From the NCBI RefSeq assembly GCF_000743755.1, contig NW_014569523.1:51147-71146 (forward strand): a stretch of DNA of 20,000 nt, written 5' to 3'. Made by a program: the position numbers and the translations under genes. This DNA is from Blastocystis sp. subtype 4 (lineage: Eukaryota). Shown here one piece after another: positions 9,164 to 20,000 of the stretch. Within the stretch, counting starts at the first letter, position 1. Every line of letters begins with the position of its first letter. The notes beneath the pieces are model-generated. The model had not been told where the DNA came from and did not search any database. It was given only the letters and a program-made list of their open reading frames with translations.

Positions 9164-12100
9164 TCACGATTGTTTCGAGATCAAAAGAGCAGCTTTCCTC
9201 AAATTGGCATAGCAAGCCGCTAATTCCTTTTCCTTACTATTCAAATATACATTCAGTTCATTAATCAGTTTTTCCTTCTTAGCAAGACTCTTCTGAAGTC
9301 TTCTCACCTCTGCACTTGATTCTATTGTTCATACTCTCTTATTCTCCTACCCTGACTCTCACTAACAGGTTGACGATTCTCCAACTCCTTCTGAAGCCGT
9401 TGCACTTCTCTATCATACTCAGCAACCGTCAACTGTAGACGCTTCACCTCACTCTCTGTAGAAGCATTCGATCGGCTTCGATATGCCTCTACCAATGCCT
9501 TCGCTTCACTCAATCGCTGTGTCAACACATGTACTTGCTGCGTCTGACGAGCCGTTTCTGCATGAGCAGCTTCCAATTGTTGCTTTACCTCCTTTGTCTG
9601 TTTGTCCAGTAGTTCCTGCGTTGCTCGACGACTCTCTGCAGCCAAGGAAGCATAACGCTCTGACAGTTCAGTGTGGGCTGCAGTCTTGCGTTCCAGAGAC
9701 CGACGCAGCTTTCCAAATTGGATCATCACATTCTCATACTCTGTCTTCTGTGCTGCTGCCTCTTCCATTGCCTTCACCGTCTCCTCTTTGGCAGTCGCTA
9801 ACTCCACACGCAGAGATGCAGCTACTTGCTGAGCCTCTTGAATTGATGCAGTCTGTAAAGAAGCAGAGGTCGATGCTGTCTCCACAGTCTCCTCCAACTC
9901 ATGAACCCTAGCTTGGAGTGATCCATTCACTGTCTCCAACTCTGCCAATTCCTGCTTCTTTTCTTCCACTCTCTGTTGAACCTCCTCCAACTGACTCTGA
10001 AGTTCTGTCTTCTCGTGCTCTGTCTGCTGCAGACTCACTCGGATTTGAGTTGTTTCGTCTCGAGCCTTCTGAGCAGCCACTACGTATTCTTCTTTCTCCA
10101 CAGCAAGAGCTGTTACCCGTGTTTCTAATAACTCCATCTTCTCAGACAGTTCTTTGCATTGATTCTCTTCCTTTCCAAGCGCTTCCTGGATCTGTTCAAT
10201 TGCATCTTGATTTACGGACAGACGGAGTAACAGAACCACTTCTGTTCCTTCAGGCAGACTGAGAGATACTTCGTTCTCAGATTCAATCTCACAGAGTTCC
10301 TCCTCTTCCTCAGTAGCCGAGATGAAGGATTCAGTATCATTTTCTTCTTCCTGATACTGGAAGGAAGTCATTTCTCTTTCCATTGCTGACAATTTCATTT
10401 CTAATTCTCCAATCAGTTTGGTCTTTCTCTCGATCTCCTTCCCCAATTCACCAACTCGTTTCTCCAATTCACCAACTCGCCCTTTCTGGACTGCATCCAT
10501 CCTCAGTGCTTCTTCAAGAGATCTCTGTTGCTCCTGCATGCAGACAGCATCCGCAGTCAGAGTCTCACGTAATCCTTGCATCGTCTCCTCCTGCTCAGCC
10601 ATAGTCGTTCTTAGCTCCTTCACAGTCGCATCACGCTGATGTAATTCGACACTTAGTCGCTGGAACTCATCACGAAGAGTCTGAAGGTCTCTTCGTAAGA
10701 GCATCTCTCGACTAACAGTCTGTTGTAGTTTGATTTCAGCCTCTTCCTTCTCCTTTTGGAGAGCTTGTTGTGTGTAAGGATTCTGACTGAATGTGGAGAA
10801 TGTCAGCACAGATGTCACATCGGATTCACTATCTGTAATGTCACTTAGACGAGGTCGTTGAACTGAAGAGGTTCCTGGCATCAAATCATTCAGAGTTACT
10901 GTCTCTAAAGACTCTGAAAGCTCTGCTTTCTCTTTCTGCTGCTTCAGTTGTTCATTCTCTTCCTTCAATTGATGTGTTTCTGTTTCCAGTTCACGGATCT
11001 GTGTCTCCAAAGTTTCAATCTCTGCAGTCTTGGCCTCTTGAGCTGCACGCATTGCTACAGTCATGCTCTCATTCTCTTCGATCTCCGATTCCAAGGATGT
11101 AATCCTTGCTTCGGCTTCCGTCACCTGCTTCTCCAGCTCCATACAGTGTGAGCAAGTGGTTATGGTCTGTGAGGAGGCTTGTTGTGCTGCCTGAAGCTCC
11201 TCATTCAGGAACTGAATCTCTTCCTCCCGACGATTGAGAGAAACACGTAAGTCCACCAATTCACTCTCAAGAGCAGATGTATCGCCTGAAGGAAGTGTCT
11301 TCATGAAGGCCTCTTTCTCTTTGATTGCTGCTTCCTTCTCCTTCTGAGCTTCATTTCTCTCTTTGATTGCTTCTTCCTTTGCCTTTATCGCCTCTTCTTT
11401 CTCTTTGACTGCTTCTTCCTTAGCCATCACAGCAATTTCTTTCTCTTTGATTGCTGCTTCCTTCTCCTTCTGAGCTTCGTCTCTCTCCTTTACAGCCTCT
11501 TCCTTCTCACTGATTGCTGTCTCCATATCCTTCACAGTAGCATCCTTCTCATTGACTAATGTAACCTTCTCTATAACAGCTTTATCCCTCTCACTCATAG
11601 CAACCTCTTTCTCTTTAGTTGCTTCATCTCTCTCCTTTACAGCTACTTCCTTCTCTTGAACTGCCTTCTCTCTCTCTACCTTCATCATCTCCTTCTCCCT
11701 AATCACTTTCTCTTTCTCCTCATTCGTTCTCTCCTTCTCGTTCATCATCAATTGCATATCATTCATCATCCTCTGCCTTTCCTCTTCCAAAGTCCTCACC
11801 ATATTTTCCAATTCTGTCTTCTTCATCTCACTCTCATTCAATTGCCTCTGGATCTCATTTCTCTGTTGCTGGAGATCTTGGACCAACTGATTCTGAGTTA
11901 TCTGTTGTCCTACAGACAAATCCTCCTTCTCATTCTGTAAACGCAATACATCTGCTTTCAGTGACTGGATTTGAGAACTCATTGTAGAAGCAGCAGCATC
12001 TCGTTCCTCCAATAAGACAGTGAGTGTCTTAGTGTTGTTCTGCTGAGATGTGAGAACAGTTTGGAGTGATTCAAATTTACATGCATTGTCATGAATCTCC

Positions 12101-13867
12101 TGCTGCAGTGATGCTATTTCATTCTCTTTGTTTACCAATGCTTGCTTCAGATCATCAACCACTTTTACTTTCTTTTCCAATGATTCAATCTTCTCAGCCA
12201 TCTCATTGATCTCCTTCTTTTCCTTCTCAATCTCCTTCTTCTTCTCTGATACTTCTCCTTTCACAGACTGTAGTTCATTCTTCATATCATCATTCAATGA
12301 ATTAACCTTGGTCAATTCTTCTTTCAATCGTTCATTCTCCTTCTTCGTTTCATTAACACTGTATCGAATAGAATCCAACTCTTTCTCTTTCAATGAAAGC
12401 TCTTTTGTCAAATCATCTACTAAATTCAATCCTTCCTTCAATCTCTCATTCTCTTCCTGTTTTCCTTTCACGTCCTTCCTCAACGATTCATTCTCTTCCT
12501 GTTTTCCTCTCACATCCTCCTTCAATCTCTCCACTTCCTCCTTCAATCTCTCATTCTCTTCCTCTTTTCCTTTCGCATCCTCCTTCAATCTCTCCACTTC
12601 CTCCTCTCTCTTATCAGCCTTTTTTATTTCACCTTCTCGATACTCCTCCAACTCCCTCTCTCTCTTCTGTACTTCACTTCTCAACATCTCAATCTCCTTC
12701 TCCTTCGACTTCAACTCCTCTTCATACTGTTCACATTTCTCTTGTATTCCATTTATTTTCTTCTCATTCAACACATCCATCTCCATTGCTATCAACTGTT
12801 CTTCTGTATCCTGTAATGCCAACTCCATCTCCTTCTTCTCAGTCTCCAATAAATTATACTGCTCTGTCTTTGTATTCACCGTTTCCAACAGCTGCTGACG
12901 TTCCTTCTCCCACGTCTCCTTCTCCCCATTCCACTCTCTCTTTAGCTTCTCCATATTGTCTTTCTCCTTCTGTAGCTCTTCGATATTCTCATCCCGTTTC
13001 TTCAGTTCATCCTTCATTTGGGATGAATGCTCTCTCAATTGTTTCAATTCCTCTTCCAACTGAATGACATGCTCTTCCAAGTCCTTTGTTTTCTCCACCG
13101 ATGCTTGGAGAATATTCACCTGTTCCTGTAGAGAAGCACAATTTGCTTTCCATTCCTCTGCGGAAGAAGCTTCTATGCATCAACAACAAAAACCATTCTC
13201 ACCGCTCATTCTCTTCGTCAACACTTCCTTAAGTTGAGCTAGTTCGCTTGACATCATTTCAAGACGCTCATCAGAAGCAACCTTCTCATCAATCACTCGA
13301 CTCAATTCTTGTTGGTAGTAATTAGTAGGATCACGAAGAGAATCCTTTAACTTGGCAATCTCCTCTTCCAAAACCGATTTCTCTTCCATGTGCTGAGACA
13401 ATTCACCACTTAGACGCAAAATCTGGTTATTTTGGTTCTCAGACTCACGACGAAGACTATCCATCTGCTGAACCATATGTTCACGCATATCCATAAGCTG
13501 ATCGTTTTCATTTGAAATACGTTCAATTTCTTTTTTATACTGGATGATAGAGTCGTCTCGAGATTTCAATTCCTCGCTCAACTCCACGATTCGCTTATTT
13601 AGACTGTCCTGAACTTCCATCCACGCACTTTGTTCTCCATCACTGTTCCGAATTGTGGGAGTTTCATTCATATGATCATCTACGAATAATAACGTTTACT
13701 GGAAATCAACGGTTCGGGGTTTCCAGTTCAGGTGACTTATCATCGTTCAGATTCAGTGAGTCGTTGTCCGATAAATCATCGTCTCCAAACAAGGAATCAT
13801 CATCCTCTGTACCATCTGCCATATTCATTGCAGATGAAAGCATAAACGAAAAGTTCTTGCTTGCCAT
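9164..13867 (-). CDS. Very long E/K/Q-rich coiled-coil protein (~1,500 aa), family not recognised
   Basis: ATG 13867 (MASKNFSFML..., acidic N-terminus). Introns at about 13680-13710, 13173-13202 and 9322-9350 join ORFs 13180-13671 and 9322-13119 plus a final exon ending ...LLISKQS*. Heptad-like composition throughout. The exact 3' end is uncertain because a further 31-nt intron is possible. Confidence 0.85.
11310..11660 (-). repeat. Degenerate 21-nt (7-aa) coding tandem repeat: KEKEAAI / KERDEAQ / KEKEEAV
   Basis: Recurrent ctttgattgctgcttccttctccttctgagcttc-type units; the translated heptads are visible in the 1265-aa ORF. Confidence 0.75.
12430..12610 (-). repeat. Coding tandem repeat: EEEVERLKED / GKEQENERLKE units
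   Basis: Repeated tccttcaatctctc(c/a) and tcattctcttcctgttttcct blocks. Confidence 0.75.
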
Positions 13868-14181
13868 GTATGAAAACAATGGAAAGCGAAAAACACAAAA
13901 AACAAAGTATGTGCAAACAAAGACAAAATATCATGAAATCAGCTTCTCCTGAGCTTAAAAAACAAAAAAGCAAGGATGATCCCCTCAGTAAACATGAAAC
14001 GGGATATCCATCTAAACTATTTCGTTGAACTGTAAGTCACAACTAAGTCTCAATTTCGAGCGAAGAAGTTCCAAAAGAATGTGGCCCATCTTTACCATGT
14101 TTTCACGTTTTAAACAAATAACACACATAGCCAAGAATAAAGAAATACAATAAATAGATCACCGAGCAGAACGAGACAAAA

Positions 14182-14370
14182 TCACTGTGACTGCTTTAAC
14201 TCCTTGATTATTGACGCCAACGCATCTGGATTCACTCCACAATCAATTAAATTATAAAAAAGGGTAATAGTCTCTTCATCCACATCTAGATCCAACAGTG
14301 ATGCTATCTGGTTAAATACTAATAGTAACAGCCTCAGAGAATCAAAATTACATGAAATATCCGATTCCAT
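14182..14370 (-). CDS. MZT1: Mitotic-spindle organizing protein 1 (MOZART1/GIP1), gamma-tubulin complex subunit
   Basis: ATG 14370 and an in-frame 33-nt intron (14319-14351) give MESDISLFNQIASLLDLDVDEETITLFYNLIDCGVNPDALASIIKELKQSQ. This matches the MZT1 signature LxxxLDxETL...GxNPEALxxVIKEL. Confidence 0.9.
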   Translation of the reverse strand: MESDISCNFDSLRLLLLVFNQIASLLDLDVDEETITLFYNLIDCGVNPDALASIIKELKQSQ

Positions 14371-14783
14371 AGTTAGTTGAATCAAAATGTGATAGTACCC
14401 TCTTTATTCAGTGTAGATGGTTCTCTCATACATAAATCATATTCATCACTTATTTCGTGATAGAATCACTTTTAGTGAGAGTAAAACAAAATACGTCCTC
14501 TCCTTTATTCTCACGATATGCAAAGCTATTGCTAGTAGTTTTAAGGATGTTTCGTTATTTAATTAATTCATTATCATACATAATGTATTAGTACCTATTG
14601 AAGACACCATGATGGGATGGCAACACTATATAAAAAGAATAGAATAGGTTTCAGGAGAAACAAAATAAAGATAAAGTACTATGTCAAGAGTGGGAATGAC
14701 ATATTAGAATAGGCACTATCACGTGACCATCGATGAATGGTCTTCGGTAATCTCATTAACCATATCTTTCTTAATCCTCAAAG

Positions 14784-15560
14784 ATGAAATCGCATCAGAA
14801 AGGAAGAAAACACACTCGGAAAGTTGTGAATAGTAAAAACGTCGTGGTACAACCTTTCAATGAGCATGACATTAGTGGTATTTCTTATTATAGGAACCTT
14901 TTCCGACCGATCTGCCCTGATCATCTTCAAAACCAAGAAAAGAATTGGTGCTGTCAAACGAATCATTCATTCACTGTGATGAATGCGGATACATTTGGCT
15001 CTCATGCCAAAAGTGAGCAACATAGCTGCCAGTATCCTGCAAATGATACTATACCTGATATGGTGGGTGACGAGCATCTTGATGCCAATTCATTCAGCGT
15101 TCAGTTTGGTTGCACCTCCTCGTGTTCCACTCTATTGTCAATAATAGTAATTATTCCTGAAGATAACTTTTCCATGAAAGAGTTATGTGACTCAGTTATG
15201 TTATCATTGTCTCAACACTTTATCTTTTGTCAGATATCTGTATACAGGAAAGATGAGTACATATTCGCCCTAAGCAATACGTACTGTGATCTCTGTATTG
15301 TTTACAAGGAACTTCTGAACATGGTCAGTCTTTCATTTCCCACTGTATGTTGTGCTAGCTATTCATATGTACCTCTTAGTGTATGTGATTATCGATGCAT
15401 TGACAATTAGGATGAGCATGGATATGACCAGGTTTTCTGTCGTATTTTCAATATTATAAAGCAGTTTTCTATGAAAAGAGCGGGGATGATGTCGCCTGTA
15501 AACTTAGGGAACGTGTATGAGTTATCAAATGTTCTGCTTCCGTCCCTTTCTTCACAATAA
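14784..15560 (+). CDS. Hypothetical protein (orphan); probably has additional upstream exons
   Basis: 208-aa ORF, then a 30-nt GT-AG intron (15381-15410 region) and an in-frame last exon ending ...LLPSLSSQ* (TAA 15558-15560). The ATG at 14784 directly follows an intron-like GTAATC...AAAG. Confidence 0.55.
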
Positions 15561-15661
15561 TGTATTCCTATATCGCTTTGTCATTGAACACAGCCCTATT
15601 CTTGTACAGTTCAACGGTAACCTTCGGTTCATCATTGTATTGTTTCAACATAAACACATCA

Positions 15662-16273
15662 TTAGTTATCTTTAATAGGTTTTGTGGACTGTCGCGCAAG
15701 ATATATATTCCAAAATACTACAACTAGTAATACTTGAAGAGTACGTACCACCAGCAAAACTACCGACTGTAGCACGATAATACAATGGTGTCCATTTATA
15801 CTGCAAAAAGTTAATTGGTACCCAAAACACGTTCCCCATAACCCATGTTTCAGGAATATCTTGTTTCACCTTCTTCTTCACATCATCCCAAGTACCCCCA
15901 CCCAAAAGAACAACAGAAGCAAACGTGATACTCATCTGAGGAGCTGCTAATACACAGCTCCCAAGCATCTTATATGCAATTGCCTACGAACATTAGAAAC
16001 AAGTATAATTGTACTTTCAAGGAAGTTCCAGCAAAGAACTTCTCCAATAAAAGAAAAACTCCATGGTTCATTGGTCCTGTTACAAAGAAACCTGTTATTC
16101 CTAGGTTAACTGACTGTTTTATGTTCCTATTCATCAAAAGTTACTATGAGAAAATGCCATGGCTCTCCAGGATGCAGGATCTTCTGACACACCCAATCAC
16201 CTCCAAACATGGACACTGAAACAAACCCCATATTTCGAAGAAGGTACCATGCTTGTGACTTGAAGAAACTCAT
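15662..16273 (-). CDS. Mpv17/PMP22 family membrane protein
   Basis: ATG 16273; GGDWVCQ; GFFVTGPMNH; FWVPINFLQYKWTPLYYR; last exon VFWNIYLA ends TAA 15662-15664. Three 31-nt introns; the first is ambiguous between GC-AG and GT-AG. Confidence 0.9.
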
Positions 16274-16314
16274 CGTGATTACCAAAAACTGACGAAACTG
16301 ATCACAGTTCTATC

Positions 16315-16322
16315 AACAAACA
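16315..16322 (-). terminator. Polyadenylation element TGTTTGTT of the UNC-93-like gene
   Basis: Exact motif 4 nt after the TAA (16327-16329). Confidence 0.85.
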
Positions 16323-16326
16323 ATAA

Positions 16327-17772
16327 TTAAGGCATGTTTGATGTTCCAGCAAGAAGGGCCGCGCTCTCTCCCTTCTTCATATCCAATTTAGCATAACGAC
16401 GATCCAAAATAACCAGAATAATATATCCCACCACAAGCAGACCAAGAAGGATGCAACTCTTCATCAATACATACTTGGTTTCCGAGAAGAAGGCACCAAA
16501 GGCATACTGAGCACACCATCCAATAGACTGCCACATCTTGTAATTGGCCATTGCAGCATTACGTTCACGATCCAGACCATAGAAGGACTGAAGAATAGCA
16601 GGAGGTTGTGATTCCCACACAGCATCTCCACCAGACAGTAAACAAACCATAACAATGGTAAGAACAAGATCAACAACATTCTTCGAATCATCAGGAATCT
16701 TATAGAGAATGAAGAACAGATAGGAAACGACTTGAAGAATAAAAGCAATTAGACACATCACAGTGCGAGACATCCATTTCTTCTCAACACACTTGCCGAA
16801 CAAATAACTGACTATTTCTGACAATTATTGAAAAGACATACAGAATGAGTTCGCCAGATAGAAAATGGCTGTGATATAAAGAGCCCAAGAAGCTCCGAAG
16901 CAACGCTTACCAATACCACTAGTAATATCGCCAAACACGAAAGCAAGAGACATACCATTGTAGATGACAATAGGAAGCATAAGAACAAGCTTAAGAGAAT
17001 GAGCAAGGAGAGAGAAGGTCTCATTGACTGATACATCCTATCCGTGAGATTCAAGTAACATTCCAACATCACTGTTCTCAGCAGGTACACCAGCAGCAGA
17101 GTAGGGCTTAACATTAGGGAGTGTGAAAAGAAGAAGAACGAACACCGAACCAACGATGGTCATGACAGTGAAGAGTAACTACAGATAAAGGAAGTAATGA
17201 AGAAAAACAGTCTCTCGATCACCAATAAATCCTCCCACGAGATTACCTGCAAAACCTGAGAATTGGAAAATGGAAAAGAAAACGCCATTGAAGGATGAAG
17301 TAGTCTCAGCAAAACTCTTTGTACTTGTACGAGAGTCCCAGACAGCACAGCGACCAAGATAGACACCCTCTGCATTCCAAAGCATAGCAGCACCAACACC
17401 AACCAAAAGGTTGGCAATAATCACAATAGCTCGTTGTGTGCAGAAGTTAGATGCAACAACAAGTGCATATGTAACACCACCCAGAACCATCGATATCCTA
17501 CATAAATAAGATGCAGAAATGAATACTTAGGTCCAACCATAGCCACAACTTTAGGTCCAAAGATGGAGAAAATAGCGAACATACCATACAAGCAACCCAG
17601 GTTAATATAACCCTGCACTCCGTGGGAATTGGTTTGTACATTCTGTATAATAAACGACGAGCCATAGATTTACCTGGGACGTGTTAAAGGCGAAGAAGAT
17701 GCCAAAAAAGGAAATACTGAGAAGAATAACATTCTTCATATAACTCTTGCGGGGCTCTGGTGTTGGCTCCAT
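16327..17772 (-). CDS. UNC-93-like / MFSD11 family major facilitator membrane protein
   Basis: ATG 17772 (MEPTPEPRKSYMKNVILLSISFFGIFFAFNTSQ). Motifs GPKVVAMVGPKISMVLGG, GVGAAMLWNAEGVYL, FNGVFFSIFQFSGFAGNL, AAMANYKMWQSIG. Five ~30-nt GT-AG introns restore one frame. Confidence 0.92.
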
Positions 17773-18116
17773 GACAACGGATTGATTGTTTTGAATTGTG
17801 TTTTGCTGGAAAACGAGAAGACATGTTTAGTGGTTTGTTGATGAGGATCCCTTTGGTAATCAAAGGTTCATTGTTCTTTGGTTTTACAATGGAATCCAAG
17901 TTTGAGATTAAGATAAGCAAATGCACTTGTAAACCATGTTTCTAGTCCGTTTTGATGGTGTTGACGCTCTTTGATTGAATTGCACTCTTTGTCTTGTTGA
18001 GATAGTGGATATATGGGTACAACAGAGTCTTCTCTCGTTTTGCTAGTTTGGAGAGCTAAATAGAATCAGTTTGTTTTTCTCGCACTCTTGTTGATTGACA
18101 CCATTCATTCTCGAAG

Positions 18117-19786
18117 ATGAATGTATCTGGACAGATCCATCCAATAGAGAATGAAGATGCCACAAACTACAATGAGAGACAAGTTATCGGTTTCCATTTT
18201 TGGTTTTATTCTCATCAATCTAGAGATCCAGAGGTCATCATTAGAGAATCCGCTATCCGAAATCCCCTCGCGTTCTTTGATTCCTTCTGAGATCTCTTCT
18301 CAAGTTTCATCAATTCCTGCTACATCCAATCTTGGGTCGATTGAGAGCTCGTTGCGTTCCGAAACTCCATACAGTATAACAAGTGATATTTGTGAATTGT
18401 AGATGGAATTATCGATATGGATACTGTTCCAGAAGCTCGAGAAGCAACAATGGATGACTTTCAGTCATTGAATCGCGATTATCTAGCGTTTCCTCCTGTC
18501 GTGGGTTCAGAGGAGTTCTCTACGTCAAATACGGAGACTTTGCCACCTTCAAAACTCGGATGTCCTGAGATACCCAAACGACCGCGATCAGCCTATAACT
18601 TCTTTTCTCAGTCGATGTTTACAAAGCTAAAAGAAGAAAATTCTCGGAAGACATCTAACGAGATCGTCAAAGAAGTCGTTTTGTATGAACGGCCTAATAA
18701 AATAGTTGGCGTCCATGTGGAATAACATGACTACAGAGGAAAAGGAGCCATATGTTCGTATGAGCGAGGAGGATCATTCCCGTTACGATAGTCAACAGGA
18801 AGAAATGATGGCATTGAGAAAAAACAGTGGGATTCCGATAATCAAAAAGACACGAGGTATGGAAATTGGAGTAATGATGACTTAGACAAACAGAGTTATC
18901 TGTATCAGGCAATGCGTAAGCATAGTGCAGTAGAGTTTGCAACAGGTTTATTGCTGTGTAGTGTAAACATGATGAATCATTGTAATTTAGAATGGAGACA
19001 TCTCATCTGTCACACATTTGATGAATTTGACACAGCGCTGTCTTCTCGACATGTCACAAGAGACAACCCGAATAGCTCAAGATACCATGTTCAGTAAGGT
19101 TCTCAATGAGATGTTTAGACTAGATCAGCAATTACCTGAGTTGGATGCTTCCAAGTACTATTCAGATCAAAACCTGATTCAATCCTCGTTTTTGCATCCC
19201 ATCTCAATTACAGAGTCATCAGTCACATTACCAATGACCCAACAATCTTATATACAGCCAACATCGACACAAGATCTCACATCAGATCTTCCTTATGAGA
19301 AGTCATTCGTATGTCTGGTTCCCAGTTGTGGGAAGGTATATCGATCAAAGAGCAGTTTTCGCAAACACATGGATACTCATACGGATGAAGAGAAAGCTTT
19401 GATTACAGGAAAAACAGATGGAAGACGAAAGAAACGAGTTGATATGGAGTGTGAATCATTTATTTGCAAGTACAATGGATGTAACAAAATATTCCAGACC
19501 AAACATGTATTACTGAAAGGGTTTTGTGAATATAGGGACTAGAATTGCATCAGAAGAGTATTCACTTAAACCAGAAACCTTATGTCTGTGAAGAGTTAGT
19601 GTTGGAATGGAATATTATCATAGATGTGGAAAGGCATTTGTAAGAAGGTCGGATTATACTGTTCATGTTAATCGGAACCATCGAACCGAAAGACCATATC
19701 CCTGTACTTTTGAGGGATGTGGTCGTTCATATGCCTCACAGTATGAATTGAAGCGACATATGAAGACTCATGAGATTATCCATTAA
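18117..19786 (+). CDS. HMG-box plus four C2H2 zinc-finger transcription factor
   Basis: The HMG box PKRPRSAYNFF...IVKE|LASMWNNMTTEEKEPYVRMSEEDHSRY is split by a 31-nt intron. Fingers: CLVPSC..HMDTH; CKYNGC..HQKSIH; CEEC..HVNRNH; CTFEGC..HMKTH, with QKPY/ERPY linkers. TAA 19784-19786; start ATG inferred at 18117. Confidence 0.85.
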
Positions 19787-19825
19787 TGTGTGTGATTCGT
19801 GTCTTGTAGTGAATAGTTGTTACCA

Positions 19826-19833
19826 TGTTTGTT
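19826..19833 (+). terminator. Polyadenylation element TGTTTGTT of the HMG/ZnF gene
   Basis: Exact motif 39 nt after the stop codon. Confidence 0.8.
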
Positions 19834-19887
19834 ATTAAGAATGATTGTATTCATAGCACCTCGGTCTTGTGTTCCTCTCACTATTCT

Positions 19888-19899
19888 AACAAACAAACA
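19888..19899 (-). terminator. Polyadenylation element TGTTTGTTTGTT of RPL3
   Basis: AACAAACAAACA on the + strand, about 28 nt past the stop codon. Confidence 0.8.
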
Positions 19900-19927
19900 G
19901 GTTCCCAACAGCATTCAACAACACCGT

Positions 19928-20000
19928 TTAGTTCTTGACAGTTCCAAAGAACTTGGCCTTCTCGGAGGAGGTCTGGAATCTTCCGTGACCGAACTTGGAG
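19928..20000 (-). CDS. RPL3: 60S ribosomal protein L3 (uL3), C-terminal fragment
   Basis: The minus strand reads SKFGHGRFQTSSEKAKFFGTVKN*, containing the conserved uL3 C-terminal SKFGHGRFQT motif. Confidence 0.92.
   Translation of the reverse strand, partial: SKFGHGRFQTSSEKAKFFGTVKN

Noticed and set aside
11310..12610. Tandem repeats as a CRISPR array or satellite
   Set aside because: The units are degenerate codon-phase multiples of 21 nt within an ORF, with no unique spacers, and the context is eukaryotic.
12128..13067. Long plus-strand ORFs (256 aa, 224 aa) and similar ORFs across 9483-11940
   Set aside because: Antisense shadows of the purine-rich E/K coiled-coil gene; their S/F/L/P-rich translations are a compositional artefact.
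13916..14098. Possible small minus-strand gene or ncRNA between MZT1 and the coiled-coil gene (ATG 14098; hydrophobic 'IILAFLFFKLRRS*'; TCTTTGTT at 13916-13923)
   Set aside because: No splice solution linked the ATG to that frame, and I saw no clear snoRNA boxes; more likely UTR or promoter sequence.
17684..17926. 80-aa minus-strand ORF as the UNC-93 N-terminus
   Set aside because: Wrong frame; the conserved KNVILLSISF motif is in the frame opened by ATG 17772.

Overview
Gene-dense, AT-rich eukaryotic nuclear DNA. Almost all introns are about 28-40 nt (mode about 30), intergenic spacers are tiny, and a TGTTTGTT element follows most gene 3' ends. Together these point to Blastocystis (inference; no search run). 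Manual splicing resolves 11 protein genes and one tRNA: ZRANB2 (partial, -), tRNA-Leu(CAG), a USP48/UBP26-like deubiquitinase (+), PUS10 (-), a presequence+TM+GCK/twin-CX9C Mia40-like protein (-), a ~1,500-aa coiled-coil protein (-), MZT1 (-), an orphan gene (+), Mpv17/PMP22 (-), an UNC-93-like MFS protein (-), an HMG-box+C2H2 zinc-finger factor (+) and the 3' end of RPL3 (-). The ORF track fragments these genes because it ignores introns. Highlights: a candidate membrane-anchored Mia40 analogue with CxxC in place of CPC; a PUS10 stop codon probably completed by polyadenylation; back-to-back 3'-end elements; tandem genes starting only 20-41 nt after the upstream 3'-end element; and a probable GC-AG intron.
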